A DNA stretch of 64,000 nucleotides from Narcine bancroftii. Lineage: Eukaryota. Numbering within the stretch: the first letter of the stretch is position 1; each line of letters starts with the position of its first letter. The position numbers and the translations under genes were made by a program. Below the pieces are notes generated by a model. The model was not told the origin of the DNA and made no database searches. It was given only the letters and a program-made list of their open reading frames with translations. Positions 1 to 13,927 of the stretch are shown piece by piece. Where the stretch lies: positions 89,094,001 to 89,158,000 of the forward strand of contig NC_091480.1 of NCBI RefSeq assembly GCF_036971445.1. Reading direction: 5' to 3'.

Positions 1-146
1 ACTATAGTTCATGATGAGAGCCTCACAATTCACAATAGGAACAGAATTAAAAGCTGGTTAGAGTTAGTATCCATTACTCCCAATTTGAACTTTAATTTTA
101 AAAAAGCTGAAACAGACCATTTATAAAGGGAAATATCCCAATTTAC

Positions 147-203
147 CTGCACAATGTTCAATACGGACTTGAGTATCCAAACTAAGTGTGCAGGAATAGT
201 TAC
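147..203 (-). other. Candidate 57-nt exon of unidentified minus-strand gene
   Basis: Minus strand reads ttttgctaactag|GTAACT...GTGCAG|gtaaat; open in two phases (VTIPAHLVWILKSVLNIVQ or NYSCTLSLDTQVRIEHCA). Confidence 0.25.
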
Positions 204-903
204 CTAGTTAGCAAAAAGATATGTTATACAGTCCTGAATTTATATTTGGTCATGATCCTGAGCTCTTATTTTCATCAGACCAGTAGGTGTTATGAACGTC
301 AAATAGAAAGGGAAAATGGCCAATATTCACTAGCCATTTCCCAGCTCTGTGAATTATATTTTTTCCTTATTCAGCTGAACTGCATTTTGAAATAAATTAA
401 AAGATCTACTTGTTTATTCTATAATTACAATTTTTTTTTCTGTGATGCAAGTACATTATTGAATAATGAAAACAATTAATGGTGTTAAATGAATCTACCA
501 CCTCATCAATAAAGTTCATTTTCCAATCTAAATCTATCTTGTGTAAATAGAAATAAATGACATGTGGCTGTTTTAATATTCCAAAATTGCTATCTAATAA
601 AGGTGAGGTCACTTTAAATCTTTGGTATAAATTAAAGGGATGCATTCCAAAGATGAAGGCAGTGGATAAAATAGTCATGAGAATTTATTCCTAATATTAA
701 AAGTTTGCATTATAGGAGGTTTTTTTTCCCAGAATTCAACGTGCCATCTCTCCATCCCTAAATCCGTCTCTGATTTCCAAGTAATGACTGTGCATTTCCT
801 ACCTTGTAGTGATTTTCAACTTAATAGTATGGTGTGTGGAAATATTACTTTAATTTGTGCAAGCAAGAAAAGGTTAAAAAAAAGTTAAAAAAAAAACAAA
901 TAC

Positions 904-959
904 CTGTATAGGACTTTTATTGTGGACTCTTTTTCATGTGGTGAGTGACTGCTATACGA
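904..959 (-). other. Candidate 56-nt exon
   Basis: ctgctttggtgttcag|TCGTAT...TACAG|gtattt; phase-0 reading SYSSHSPHEKESTIKVLY; the donor is weak. Confidence 0.25.
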
Positions 960-1125
960 CTGAACACCAAAGCAGTATAGGAAATATGCAGTAGCTTGAC
1001 AAACCATTGGATGCTGCAATTGTCAAATGAAGCCTTCTCCGAGGTGGATTAGATAAAATGGCCTTCCAGATCTGTAACTGCATTGTCTTCTCAAATTATT
1101 TTATTAGCTATGATTATTGACTTAC

Positions 1126-1156
1126 CCTCACATTTTTGGGCAGAAGATGACAGAAA
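1126..1156 (-). other. Candidate 31-nt exon
   Basis: Strong signals on both sides: ttcctctttcag|TTTCTG...GTGAGG|gtaagt. Confidence 0.35.
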
Positions 1157-1529
1157 CTGAAAGAGGAATCCAAATCAAGTGTTGATTTATAGAAACAACA
1201 GATGAGTCACATCCTGATAGAGTGCTCATATTGAAAGTAAAAGTGGGCAACCTGCACTATGAAGGATGTAAACCTTGCTTTCTATGAGGTTAAATTATTT
1301 AGTTTGGCTGAGGGAAACAGCACTCAAAATGTCAAGTCACTACATGCAACAATCAAAGAAGAAAAATTTGAAATTACATAGATAAATGACAGTTTACATC
1401 ACAGAAAATACCACAGTAAAACAGAGTCGTTCACTCTCTTTCATCAGTCTTCCCTAATAATTCAGAGAACTGTGAAGGGAAAATGGATCATTCAAATACA
1501 GACAAGAACAGCTTTTAATTAAAAAAAAA

Positions 1530-1745
1530 TTAAATTTAGACATACAGCAGAACAACAGCCCACGAGCCCATGCCACCCAATTAAACCACAACCCCAAACA
1601 TTTTTGGAGGGTGGGCAGAAACCGGAGTACCTGGAGGAAATCCATGCAGACACAGGGAGAATTTACAAACTCCTTACAAAGAGCACCTGGGTCACTCGTG
1701 CTGTAACAGCATTGTGCCATCTGCTACACTAACCAGGCTGCCCTT
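1530..1745 (-). mobile_element. SINE, probably tRNA-derived; further copies near 3310-3800, 5610-5835, 7430-7640, 18425-18630 and 33870-34080
   Basis: Recurring motifs (ggaaaccggag..cctggaggaaacccacgcag, caaactccttacaga, gcgctgtaacagc) at many positions in both orientations. Confidence 0.7.
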
Positions 1746-2508
1746 GTAGAGTTCTGTAACCATTAAGAATAGAGATGGCTGGTTAAAATTTCTTTCATTT
1801 AACCCAATATTTTGTACATAAATTTTACCTGAAACCCAATCTCCATTAGTCATTGAGCTAGTACATTCCCAAAAGTTCTATCTGGAGATTGATAAATGTA
1901 CTGAGGTGGACAAACATACACAGCCACGTCAAATACCATTTCACATTAGGTACGTACATTTCTTTTACTTAATTAAGGGTTGAGGCTAACGTGACTGTGA
2001 GCCCCATCTGATGATTCACAGGTGAACTTGATGTGTCAATCTCATTTGAGAAGGTCCTCCACGTTTTTATCCGCCTTCATCTTCTATCCTCGTTTAAGAT
2101 ATACATGCCCCCCAGCAACCAACCAGATTCTGCGACTTCCCCTTTACCCCCTGGACCGATCATGTGTCTGATTCACAAACACCTGACATATATTATCTCT
2201 CCACCCAAATGCCTTTTTTTTGTCTGATGCTGCTCCATTCCCCAGAAACCCTGAATTTAGGCATGATCCTCCTTATCCAATCCCTCTCCCTCCAAAATAT
2301 TCACTGCATGGTGTGTGACATGGCTGGGCATGCTAGCCCACCTCAGTGCATTCATCAATCTATAGATAGAACTTTTGGGAATGTGCTGTGGCTCTAATTA
2401 ATGGAGATTGGGTTTCAGGTTTCAAAATATCCTACTACCATGATCAGTGGCCAACCCAAATTTCTTCACCAGCTGTACAGTAAGAAATGATGGAAAAAAG
2501 GACCACTG

Positions 2509-3038
2509 TGAAGTGATATGTAATTACATCACTAGGTCACCAGGGGTCATCCCGGTGACCTTGTATATAAAGCAGTCCAGAGCTACAGTCTAGCCTTCGA
2601 GGTTCGTTTTGCAGAGAGACAAGACCTCTTAGTGTACATATTAGTTTATTAAAGCTGTCTTATACTCGCACTGCTGGTGTGGTTATTGTCCGTACATAAT
2701 TGCACCATTGGGCCACCAGGGGTCATCCCGGTGACCTTGTCTATAAAGCAGTCCAGAGCTACAGTCTAGTCTTCCAGGTTCGTCTTGCAGAGACAAGACC
2801 TCTTAGTGTACATATTAGTTTATAAAATTATACTCGCACTGCTGGTGTGGTTATTGTCCGTACATAATTGCACCATTGGGCCACCAGGGGTCATCCCGGT
2901 GACCTTGTCTATAAAGCAGTCCAGAGCTACAGTCTAGCCTTCCAGGTTCGTTTTGCAGAGACAAGACCTCTTCGTGTACATGTTAGGTTATTAAAGCTGT
3001 CTTATACTCGTACTGCTGGTGTGGTTATTGTCCGTACA
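2509..3038 (+). mobile_element. Solo-LTR-like element made of three head-to-tail ~175-190-bp units
   Basis: TG...CA termini; perfect 5-bp TSD cactg (2504-2508, 3039-3043); each unit has a TATA-like (c/a)tataaag, and units 1 and 3 have an attaaa polyA signal. Confidence 0.8.
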
Positions 3039-3382
3039 CACTGTGCACACTTATTGATGCAAATCCTATTCTCCTGAATACTGTGCTTTGGTTCTTATGT
3101 TGAGTAGAAGCTGTCAAGGGAGCTTTGCACAAAAACTTTTGTTCATTTATTGTTTCTTTGATGTCCATTTTGAGGTGCAGAATTATTTTTAGGCAGCTAA
3201 ACCCAGCACATGTATTCAAAGCCAAGACATGGTTCGAAAGAACTGCTGAAAGCCAAATATATGAATAAGACCAAGCCATGTGTTATCATATTGCCACCTA
3301 ACTTTAAATTTTAAAAAAATATTTAGACAAACAGCACAGTACCAGGCCCTTTCGGCCATGAGCCTGGGCTGCCCAATTACAC

Positions 3383-3671
3383 TGTGGGGCGCTGTTATCC
3401 AGAATCAGACACACACAAAGATAAAGACTGTACAACAGGCTTTAATCCACAAAGACTTCCACAGAGCCAGGCTGGCTGTGGCTGCAGCAACTCTGAGTAA
3501 GGCCTCGGGAGGCGCAGGCTTATATCCCGGAGGGTGATCGACACCCAACCAGGTGGGGCTTGATCCATTCAGGCCGACTGATTGACAGCCGGCCAGGTGT
3601 AGTCCTGTCCCCTTACACTCCTGCAGGTACAGAGGTTGCCCCCTGCAGTAGGCCGGTGATGTACCACCACA
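3383..3671 (-). mobile_element. Solo LTR (Gypsy-like) inserted into a SINE
   Basis: TGTGG...CCACA termini; TSD tacac/tatac; splits a SINE; related copy at 24757-25052. Confidence 0.75.
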
Positions 3672-4698
3672 TATACCCAATTGACCGACACAACCCCAGT
3701 ACATTTTTGCAGAGTGAGACTAAACCGGAGGAAACCCACGGGGAGAATGTACAAACTGCCTACAGATAATGTTGCACTAACATCAGTTAACCGCCCTGCC
3801 CTTGTTATTATTATTTTGTTGAAGGTTATGTATTAATAAACACATGTGGTTAAATTTATTGATGATATGCCACATGGCAATTGTTGATTGAGCAAAGATC
3901 TGTCTGCCATGCTGCAAGATGTTACCATATAACCATATACAGCACAGAACAGGCCAGTTTGGCCCTACTAGTCCATGCCGGAACAAATCCCCACCCTCCT
4001 AGTCCCACTGACCAGCACCTGGTCCATACCATCCTATAAACCTACAAATTTGATGAATTGTCCTTGCACTTTATTAGGGACTTCAAGGTTCAGATGTTAA
4101 ATTACCAAACTGGATTCTGCAAGTTAACAGCTTCAAATTTAACTGAACAACAAACTTTGGCAAAGTTATTTATTCATTTTTATTAATGGGTTGCATGATA
4201 ATTGGTTTTAGAAATGGAGCAAAGTGGTCTTCAGTAGGAAGATCGAGCAAATAATTGTATGCTCAGGACTGTAGGTGATCAGGAGTTGTAGGAGAAATGC
4301 ATTTCATTGCCCACCAACTCAGGCCAACATGTGTGAAGTCTCACTCCATAAAAAGACATTATTTAAAACTGTTGATCGACACCACATACATCATCTCCAC
4401 CACTCAGGCACATTGTTTTCCTCTTTTTAAAAAAAAGTTCATATAAAAAGCTTTGAAAACAAATACCAATCATGATTTATACATTTATGACCTTCTCTCA
4501 ATTTTTTTCAAGGAAGTATGGATTGTTTGTATACAGTCACAAAATGGCATCTGTGCTCCTAAAATCACATTTTTTAAATGTAGACTTGTCAGTAAACACT
4601 GATCATTGGGATCAAACGCTGTTGTTGTACTGAGATGGACTACATGAAAAGTGCACACTTATTTGAATGCAATTTCCAGTTGGAAACAATGCACGGTA

Positions 4699-4990
4699 CA
4701 GGTAAGGTCTGTTCCAAAGTCTGTTTCTAAATCAAATTTGTAGGTAAGTCGGAACAGGTACATTTAGCATCAGCTAGTCAAATGTTTGTCTCAGTATATA
4801 GTATGCAATTTACCTTTCAATGCATATAAAACTACTGGAGTCAATTTCTTGAAGTAGGCCGCAAGGGAGACAACGTGATCCGACTTAAAATGGCAGATGG
4901 TGTTCTCCTTCCTGAAGCCGACGAACCGCTGAAGCCACGCGTAGTCCGTTCATAAGTATGAGTCGAACATTCTTAACCCGGGACTGCCTG
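4699..4990. mobile_element. Tc1/mariner (Tigger-like) non-autonomous element
   Basis: ta|CAGGTA... and ...ACTGCCTG termini; degraded. Confidence 0.5.
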
Positions 4991-7900
4991 TGTTTTGCAG
5001 CGTAACTCAGAATAGTCTGTGATTGCTAACAGAAATAAACGACAAGAGGAAACTTGTTCTGCTTTCATGCTCTCAACAGAATCCCTTCATATATTCTCTC
5101 TCAAAGTATTTTCTGCCTATGACCTTCCGTCACTAGGCCTGACTCACACATCACCATTTCTTTGAATTTCCCACAGCCTCAAATTTATAATTCTTATGTG
5201 AGAGTTTAAATTTCAAACACTGACTGTCTTCAAGCCCAGGATCATTGATCACTCTAAGTTTATGCTTTCCAATTTCCTGACCTCCACTCCACCCAATGTA
5301 CCTGGTCTCCATACTTTGGGGGTGTGAATTTTAATGTGTTTACTTAATTAATGTGCAGATTAACTAACCATAAATCAAATCTCAAAACTCATCTCTGACA
5401 AAGTATGGTCCTCTTCTCTAAATATGTGACTAGAGATGTATGTTATTTTGATAATTCACTTGGAAACATTTATTAAATTCTGCCTTCAAATTCCTTCCTA
5501 CAACTTCAGTGGGATGATCTTCCGTGGCAGATTTTCATGTGCTGTTTGAATGGTTTGACACGACTGGCAGAGAATGTGATCATCATTAGACCCTTTTTTG
5601 GGGCAAACAACATGGTAACAATCCCTTTTGGCCCATGAGCCCATGCTGCACAATTACACCCCATTGAACTACAGCCCCTGTATGTTCTGAAGGGTGGGTG
5701 GAAACTGGAACACCTGGAGGAAACCCCCACAGTCACAAGGAGTATATAGAAACTCCTGTACAGACAGCGCCTGGTCCCAGCTGCTAGCACTGTAACAGCG
5801 TTGCGCCATCCACTACACTAACCAGGCTGCCCTTAACCATAACCATTTACAGAGAGGAAACAGGCCATGTTGGCCTTTCAAGTCCGCACCGGTTCACTGA
5901 TTTTGTGCGCCCTCTTCAGGCATTGGTGATTTTAAGTGTTGATCAACAGTTTTCTATATGAATTATAAATCAAGGGTGCTTTGGCATGTTTCCCCAGAAT
6001 TGAAAATGTTGAATAACTGAGTTTTTAAGTACAACTGAATTTAAAAACTAAGCAGGATGCTGAAGGACAATAAATTGGTAAAATAACATTGAAAATACCT
6101 AAACTGATGACAAAACCAGTGGATGTTCATTTGGATTGCCCTGCAAAATATGTGAAGGGATGTTGATGGGCAATTAAACTTTATTTAGTCAAACAGGTGT
6201 AGAGCAATGCACCAAATTGATCTTTCCCACTAATTCCCATGACTCTCATGTCCAACGTAAACCATACTATGTACTGTACAAGTAGAAAAGCAGGATAGAT
6301 GGTCATTCCCCATGGGGGAAAGGTCAAATACCAGAGGGCAATAGATTTAAAGTGATACAGCAGAAGTTTAAAGGAGGTGTGTGAAGCAAATGGTATGTGC
6401 ATGGAACTTGCTCCCAGAGGATGTGGTGGAAGCAGATACAACAGCAGCATTTAAGGGGCATTGATATAACCATATGAACAGGGAGAAGATGGTGGGATGT
6501 AGACCATCTGCAGGCAGATCATCTTAAATAAATTGACATTATGGTCGGCACATACTGTGGTGGTAAAAACCATTGTACTGGTTGGCCAGCCCCGATATTG
6601 TAACTCCTCCCCCTCCAGGATCTCTGATGTTGAGAATGGATCCGTAAATGCGTAATTTTTATATTTACATACATTTTTAACTAAAAATTTGATCGTATGT
6701 ACAGTTGGCCATCAGTCACATAGGTTGTAAGTGGGGGTCTTCGTGTATTCCAATGAGGAATTATTTGGTCTCTGTTCACTCAGCACAGTCAAGCACTTCA
6801 TGTGAAGTTTAAGATACAGTGGCACCTTTTTTCCAAGTCCATTTTTTTTTCCCCCAGAGACAAAGCATTTAACAAGCACTGGTTCTAACAGAGCAGCTAC
6901 AATTTTTTTTTAACCGACATGTTGATTTTCAAGATGTAAATCAAAATAAATCCCATTGGACATCACAGGGATTAAAGGAAAATTGGAATTTGTACTCTGT
7001 TGCCTGGTAACTGCTATAATCTCAGAAGATTTTAAACACCTGGTTATCAGATCTTCATGGTTAAAATACAAGGCTGAAACTTAACATATAATTACAATTA
7101 ATTCCAAGACCCCTGTGACCCAAACCATTGCCACAGTAATTTCCTTGTGTACAGGGGTAATTCATCTCCTTGCTGAATTTATTTTGCATCAGAAAATGAA
7201 ACAACACAAGAGATTTGAAAGACTATGACATCAATGTGCAAATAAAGAATAATGTTGCATGCAAGCTTGGACTCTTTTCTCAGAGGTTATAAATATGCCA
7301 AGAATTAAGTCTTAGGTTCCAATACAATATTAAATTTCCCTGTAAAATTTTAATTGCTTTTGAGAATGTTAAGCAGTTCTCCATGTTTAAAAACTTCCCT
7401 TAGATTAGAGATGATGCTGTTTTAATTGTTCTTTTAATTGCAGCATGGTAACAGGACTTTCTGGGACATGAGCCCATGTTTCACAAATGTACCATTTAAT
7501 CTACAAACCCTGTACATTTTGAGGAGTGAATGGAAACCAGAGAACGCAGAGAGAAATCCATACAAACATTTAAACTCCTTACAGACAGTGTCAGATTTAA
7601 AACTGGGTTGCTGGAAATAGCGTTGCCCTAACTATGTTTAATTGATAAAAAGATGAGGACCATCATCGCAGCAAATGATTGCATTTACAGTACTGAGTAC
7701 TGTAAATTTAGAGCTCTAATTTTTTTTTTCTCAAAAAAAGCTATAACTATTGGGATTCTTTTCTATTCAATATGGCCCTGAGAATCAGTCGCAAAGTCAA
7801 ACTGAAAGCATTCATTGTCATTCTATTTCATTCTGACCTGCCTCAAGTGCAAGTAGCAGAAAATGCACCTTGCAACTAACAATCCAACCATTGGGTGGAA

Positions 7901-9034
7901 AAACCCACCGAATCTTCAAGAAGCCAAAAATACTCCAGCCAAATAGTACAAATTTGGACTTCAGTGTTCTCTAAAGGGGCTTCCCCTGAACCAACTTTCA
8001 AAATTCATCCACCAGGTGACAATCAGCTGACTGACAAGGGGCTGAGCAGTCAGAGGACTGCTCAGGCTGTGGGCTTCAGGAGATCGGCTCATGGAAACCG
8101 CGTACCAGGAGCAGGATTCACGAGGGTGGCAACCATGGCTCTTCTAGCATTGACAGCTTCTTAATTATATTGTGGGAGGGGGGAAGGGGGGGTTCAGAAC
8201 CAGGGTTTGGGTGCCTGGAGCTCGGGTTCTGAAATTGATGAGAAACCTTGTGACTATGAATGAGCAGTCGCATTGAAGGAGGTGGAAAGATCCACAGACA
8301 CTCTCAAGAGACTCGCTTTTGCTCCACTTGATCGGGACATTGGACTAATGACGTCTCATTGCATGCTTTCTGAGTATTTACATTCATGATCATGAACCTT
8401 GAACTTTACCAGAAATCCATTTAAAGAAAGTAATGTGTATGCAACCAGTGAAAGTGAAAAATGGGACAAAAAATATAATTATTAACATCAAGTGACAGCT
8501 GTGAACGCGGCTCACTCCAGAAAGAATAAGCTCAGACTTAATGTTTTCACATGCTTGACAATATTAGTAATATCTCCACTCGAGTGAAATAATAATGATT
8601 CCAAAATTTGCAGTTACTTATGTCACATGCCCATAACAGCAATGACAAGTTAATGACAGGAGTAGCAGGCATTGAGAGCTGCCTTGGGTTCACTGAATAT
8701 GTTTGAAATATGCAGCTTTCAAAAAATTCAATACAATATTTTAGGTGCCTATCCAGGTGATTGTTAAGTCTTGTCTCTCTATTCTGATCTGTACATCGTG
8801 TAATTGTAACATCACCCACAACTGATCAGCTCTTCCCTGCTTCAACAAGAAAAACCTTGTAGATGCTGGAAAACTCGAGCAACTAAATGCTGGAGGAACT
8901 CCATAGGTCAGGAGGCATCCATGAAATGGATGTTTTAGTTTGAAGTTTCTTTTGTCGGCCTGACCTGTAGAGTTCCTCTGGCATTTAGTAGGTTTTTGAA
9001 GTTCAAATTGACTTTCAGAGGACAGAGATGATAT

Positions 9035-10630
9035 TACATACAATTCTTAGATTCTTTTTCTTGCAGAATTTCTTTTCATCAGTAAATGTACACTGCACTC
9101 AAAAAAATTCATATGCAAAAGGGAGGAATATAAGCAAAGAAATGTAAACAAACTAACAGCACAATACAGCAAAATATAGATATTTAGTAATAATTAACAT
9201 GCAAAGCAAGTCCTTAAGTGAGTCTCTTGTTTAGGAGTCTGAAGGTGGAAGCATAGCAACTGTTCCTTAACCTTGAGGTACAAGTATTATACCCCTTTCC
9301 TGATGGCAACAGTGAGAACAGAGCATGTCCTGGGCGGTGTGGATCCTGGATGAATTCTACTGCTCCCTGATGATAAAGTTCCACGCAGATTTTCTTGGGC
9401 AGAGTTTTGTCTGTGATGTACCTTTTGCAAGGCTTTCTGCTCAGAAGTATTGGTGCCCCAGACCATGATGCAGCTGGACAGCACACTTTCCACTGGACAT
9501 CTGTAGAAATTTGCCAGGGGTTTTCGATGCCATACTGCACCTCCGCGAACTCCTGAGGATGTAGTGGTGCTTATGTTCTTTATTCACGACGACACAAGTA
9601 CGCTGAGTCCAGGAAATGTCCTCCAAGGTAGTAACTCCCAGGAATTTAAATTTGCTCACCCTCTCCACCTCGGATTTCCCCAATGATCAGTGGATCATGC
9701 ATCTCTGGTTTTTCTTTCTTGAAGTCCACAATCAGCTTCTTGGTTTCGGTAACATTGAGTGCAAGGGTATTATTCGTCCACCATTCAACCAAGTTTTCAA
9801 TTTCCGTCCTATATGCTGACTCAGCACCTTTCTTTATACAACCCACTATAGGCCTGTGGCTGCAGAAGGCAAATTTGAATGGAACTCAGAGAGGACCTGA
9901 TATGCTTCAATACCAGCCTCTCAAAACACTTCATCATTGTGGATTTGAGTGCTATTGGATAGTAGTTTTTTTAAGCACACTTCTTATGCACTGTTACGAC
10001 TGAGACCAGTTTGAAAAAGATGGGTAAACACACCCTATTAGAGTGAGATGTTTAAGATATCCATGAAACCATTGGCCTGTTGGTCAGCACAGGTTTTGAG
10101 CACTCGGCCAAGTATTTTCCTTCGATTCTCTCTCTTGAAGGTAGCCTCCATGACACCCTCAGATACTGACAGAAGAGTTGCATAAGAGGACGTGGGGGTG
10201 AGCAATGGTTCTTCCTTGTTCTGGTAGTCAACTCGGGTGCAGAAGGCATTGCGTGATCTGGGAGTGAAGTTTTGCCATCTCCTATTACACTAGATTTGAT
10301 TTTGTAGCAAGTTATGCCATGTAAACCCTGCCACAGCAGTTGGGTTTCCATTCTCACCCAGAATCTCCACTTCATCCAGGAGACAGCTTTCTGTAGGTTG
10401 TACCTGCTCCTTGTGTAGTGTTCTGGATCTCCAGACTTTAATACCTGCAATCCTGCTCTCAGTAAGTTCTGGGTTTCATTGTTCATCCAGTGATTTTGCT
10501 TGGGGGAAAACCCTGAATGATTTGGTGGGTCACACTCATCTGCAGCTATTTCGATAAAGTCTGTAATGGCCCCGGTCCAATCATAGAGATTCTCAGCTGA
10601 GTTCTTGAACACCTACCAATCCACTGACTC
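9035..10630 (-). mobile_element. Degenerate Rex1/Babar-type LINE, RT region plus 3' end, internally deleted
   Basis: Minus-strand ORF fragments NHWMNNE..SGDPEHYTRSRYNLQKA, AYRTEIENLVEW..LALNVTETKKLIVDFKK and VERVSKFKFLGV..EDISW. Confidence 0.8.
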
Positions 10631-11699
10631 TTCAATCTCCAGCACTTTCCTCCTTGTTGTCTTGGTGTTCATGGGAAGAATGGCTAATATACTGATGGGG
10701 TGACAATAGACAATGACTTCAGGAAGTGAGAAGAAAAACTTCACATCGAAGGAAATCTACTTCAGCTTGTTGGAGCAATGTTTAAGGTGAATCCTTGACA
10801 TGGATGCAAAAATTATAACAGCCAAAGGCTCTTCTTTCATGTAGTGATACAAACTACAAATGGCTGAATCCTCATTTCAAGCTTATTTTTCTAACATTTT
10901 ATTAATGAACTAGTCTATGTAATGATTTGAGTTTAATAAATAATGCTATGTGAATGTTGGATATTTAATTAATGACTATCAATGGAATAGTAGCAAAGGA
11001 AATAAATCTATTTAATGATTTAAATTATGATTGCTGTAAACTTTATAACAAGTCCATGCTGTCCAATTAACCTATACCCCCCAATATGTACTAGAGGGCC
11101 AAAATGGCCTTTTACCATGCCGTACGTTTAAATTAAAAATTAAAATGTTGCCCACCTTGGAAGGATTACTTGCTATAAATTAAAGTTTGCCAATCATCTT
11201 TGGTTTGTGGCTGCTCACTTTATATAGTTGAGGTGTTCATTGGAGCACTAATGCAGGTTTAACAGAGTTCTTCGAGATTTTAGATAGTATGTCTGGTGAC
11301 ATATGACCCTGGTCAATAAGTATTGCTAATGGGAGATGTACTTACTACAACCGAATCTAACAATGGATATCTTACTGAAATGTGGATACTCAGGCATATA
11401 CTTCTGTTAGACCAAGTCCTCAAAACCAGAGCAACTGCTAAGGATAATCTGCAGGACCACAGCAGTTTTACATGCTAACTAGGCATATTTTGCATGTATA
11501 AAAGGCAAAATATTCATAGCAACAAACATTTTGATACTTCTAATGAGTAAAATTACATTTCCTGCTGAGTTCCCACGTGTTTCCCTATTTTTTTCCTCAT
11601 CCAACAACTCTGACTTAAAGGAATAAAAATAATTTTTAATTCAAATTTAAATTCCAGTGTGATTCCTGAGACATCTTTCAGAGAAAAGTTGTATTCTTC

Positions 11700-12300
11700 G
11701 ACAAAGATGCTTTGTACCATTCATAGACCTTAAATGTCATCCCAAAGATGTGTAGGTTGTTTCTCATTCTGTACTTATTGCCTACTAGATATTTTAGCAT
11801 GGATTCTTCAAATTCTCCAACACAATCCAAACAGAAGACTTTGGACCTGCATTCAAGGCAGAGGAATGTGAGATTGTTTTATGGTGTTACTGCAAACCAT
11901 TTTCTGAGTTCAGTTCATTAGCGTATGGATCATAGAGGTTGACCATAAATGGACAATGGCCCTTTCCTTCATAGTAAAGGATCCCACTGGTCACACTTCT
12001 ATCCACAAGGAGTGGCTGTTCACTAGAATAAGGAAGTTCGTCCAATCCCATCAGGCAATAATCCAAGACCATTTGGAATGGTCTTAGAGTCATGGCTGAA
12101 GTGGCAAACAAAGAGGTAGGAATCTTAAAGTCTTGGTGGATTAAAAATGCATTGATATGTTGCTCTGCTCCATGCCAGTAAATATATCCAACTGCTGTCA
12201 GCTGCTTACGTGCAATGCCTTGCCACTGGGCATGGAGCAGATTTACGATGTGCCCTTGCACTCTGGGTATAATTACATAGTCTCTTCTTAACACACCTTT
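11700..12300 (-). pseudogene. Decayed Gypsy/Ty3 LTR-retrotransposon integrase; the pol relic may span ~11200-13150
   Basis: ORF 11887-12294 (VIIPRVQGHIVNLLHAQWQGI..GYIYWHG..RPFQMV.DY) resembles the integrase Zn-binding region; reading past the stop gives ENGLQ*HHKTISHSSALNAG, resembling NGIKH..PYHPASNG. Confidence 0.55.
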
Positions 12301-13479
12301 GATTTGTGGACAATTCTTTTTATCTGCAATGGAAAGGTCCTTTGCCCTATATGTAGTTCAAGCTGACTGATACGTTTCAGAGGAGATTATTAATTTCTCG
12401 ACACAAAGGGGTAGGCTGGGGAGAGCCAGATGAAGAGATTTACAAAATATACAACAAGCTCAAAGGGCTGAATGCTCTCCCCTTCCTCCTATTCGTCTAT
12501 GTTTAAATGTTTATTCCTAAATGATTAGCTAGGATTTGTGGTCAGGCCGAGCAAGATCCAATGAAAACAAGTAATGCAAAGTTGATGTGTCCTGAATTTT
12601 CATCAACAGATAGGCATGTGGCTTAGATCCAGAGCAAGAGTGCCATCAGCTCCAATTCTGCAAATGGATTTTTCACATAAAAATCTCCTTTTTGCTTATG
12701 AAATAGTAGATCAAGAATATCTTGGTGCTCACCTATATTGACTCTTACCAATTAACCACTGCGGCAGCTGAAGCCCAGCTTCCATCCTTCCTAAGCTACT
12801 GGTGAAGAAGCTTTAACACTGTCGCAACATCTGGGAGGCAGCTGCCTTTGGCACAAGGAGACAAGATCTACGTTGTTTTCTGATCTGTAGGCATTTGACA
12901 CTGCTACCATTTCTCCCTGACGTACTGCAACCCATTCTCATAACGTTGGCCCAAGATTCACAATAGCTTTTGCCAGGAAATCAAATGCACACTGTGTCCA
13001 TGGAACAGCTAGACAGGGCCTTTAAGCATCCCAATTTGCAGTAGCAACCAGTAGGTTTTATTGATTACAGAGGGAAAATAATCAGGTCCATGGGTGTTCA
13101 TTAGGGGCCAATTTTACCCATGTAATAATTTTGTGTATACCAATGTATTCATAATTAAAACACACTCAGTAACTTGTTTGACCCACATAGAGTTGGCCAT
13201 GCATACAAGACAAGTTATGTTTCTGAAGATAAACTATATTCTAGGATATAGTTGGGGGACATTGTTCACCATTGATTGTTCAGTTACACCTGATCACCAC
13301 AGACATGTACAGCAGGGTGGGTTCCAAGTGGGGGAATTTGTCGGCATTGTCCCCCCCCCCCCCGTGAGACATTGTAAACCCCCCCATCTGCAGCCCTAGT
13401 GTCACTATGTCATTAGTGTCACTAGCATCTAGTCACTCATCTCCGTGCAATATAAGCAGCGTGTTTGTTCATTACGCCG

Positions 13480-13927
13480 GAGGGAGAGGGAGGTATACAG
13501 AGGAGATTCATGGTAGGTAGGTAGGCGGGACAAGAAACATCTCCAGAGAGTTGTTAACTCTGCCTGCGACATCACAGGCACCAGACATCGCTCCATCGAG
13601 GACATCTACAAGAGGTGATGTCTTAAAAAAAAGTAGACTCTGTCCGCAAGGACCCCCACCACCGAGGCCGTGCCCTCTCCACTCTGCTACCATCGTGATA
13701 AAGGTACAGGAGCCTAAAGATGAGCACTCAGTGGCACAAGGCCCCGCTGCCAAGAGATTCCGGAATAACCACAGACACGGCCTCACTTTTCATGCCCTAT
13801 TTTGTTTTCTTTTTAATTTATTGTTAGAAAAGTGATTTATATGAAAGTTTTCTCTATGTTGTTGCTGCAAAACCCTGAATTTCATGACTTGTTCATAACA
13901 ATAAATCCTGATTTTAATTCTGATTCT
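13480..13927 (+). mobile_element. Rex1-type LINE 3' fragment
   Basis: Similar to other Rex1-like 3' ends in the window (aaaggtacaggagcct, tail aataaa..tgattctg). Confidence 0.6.
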
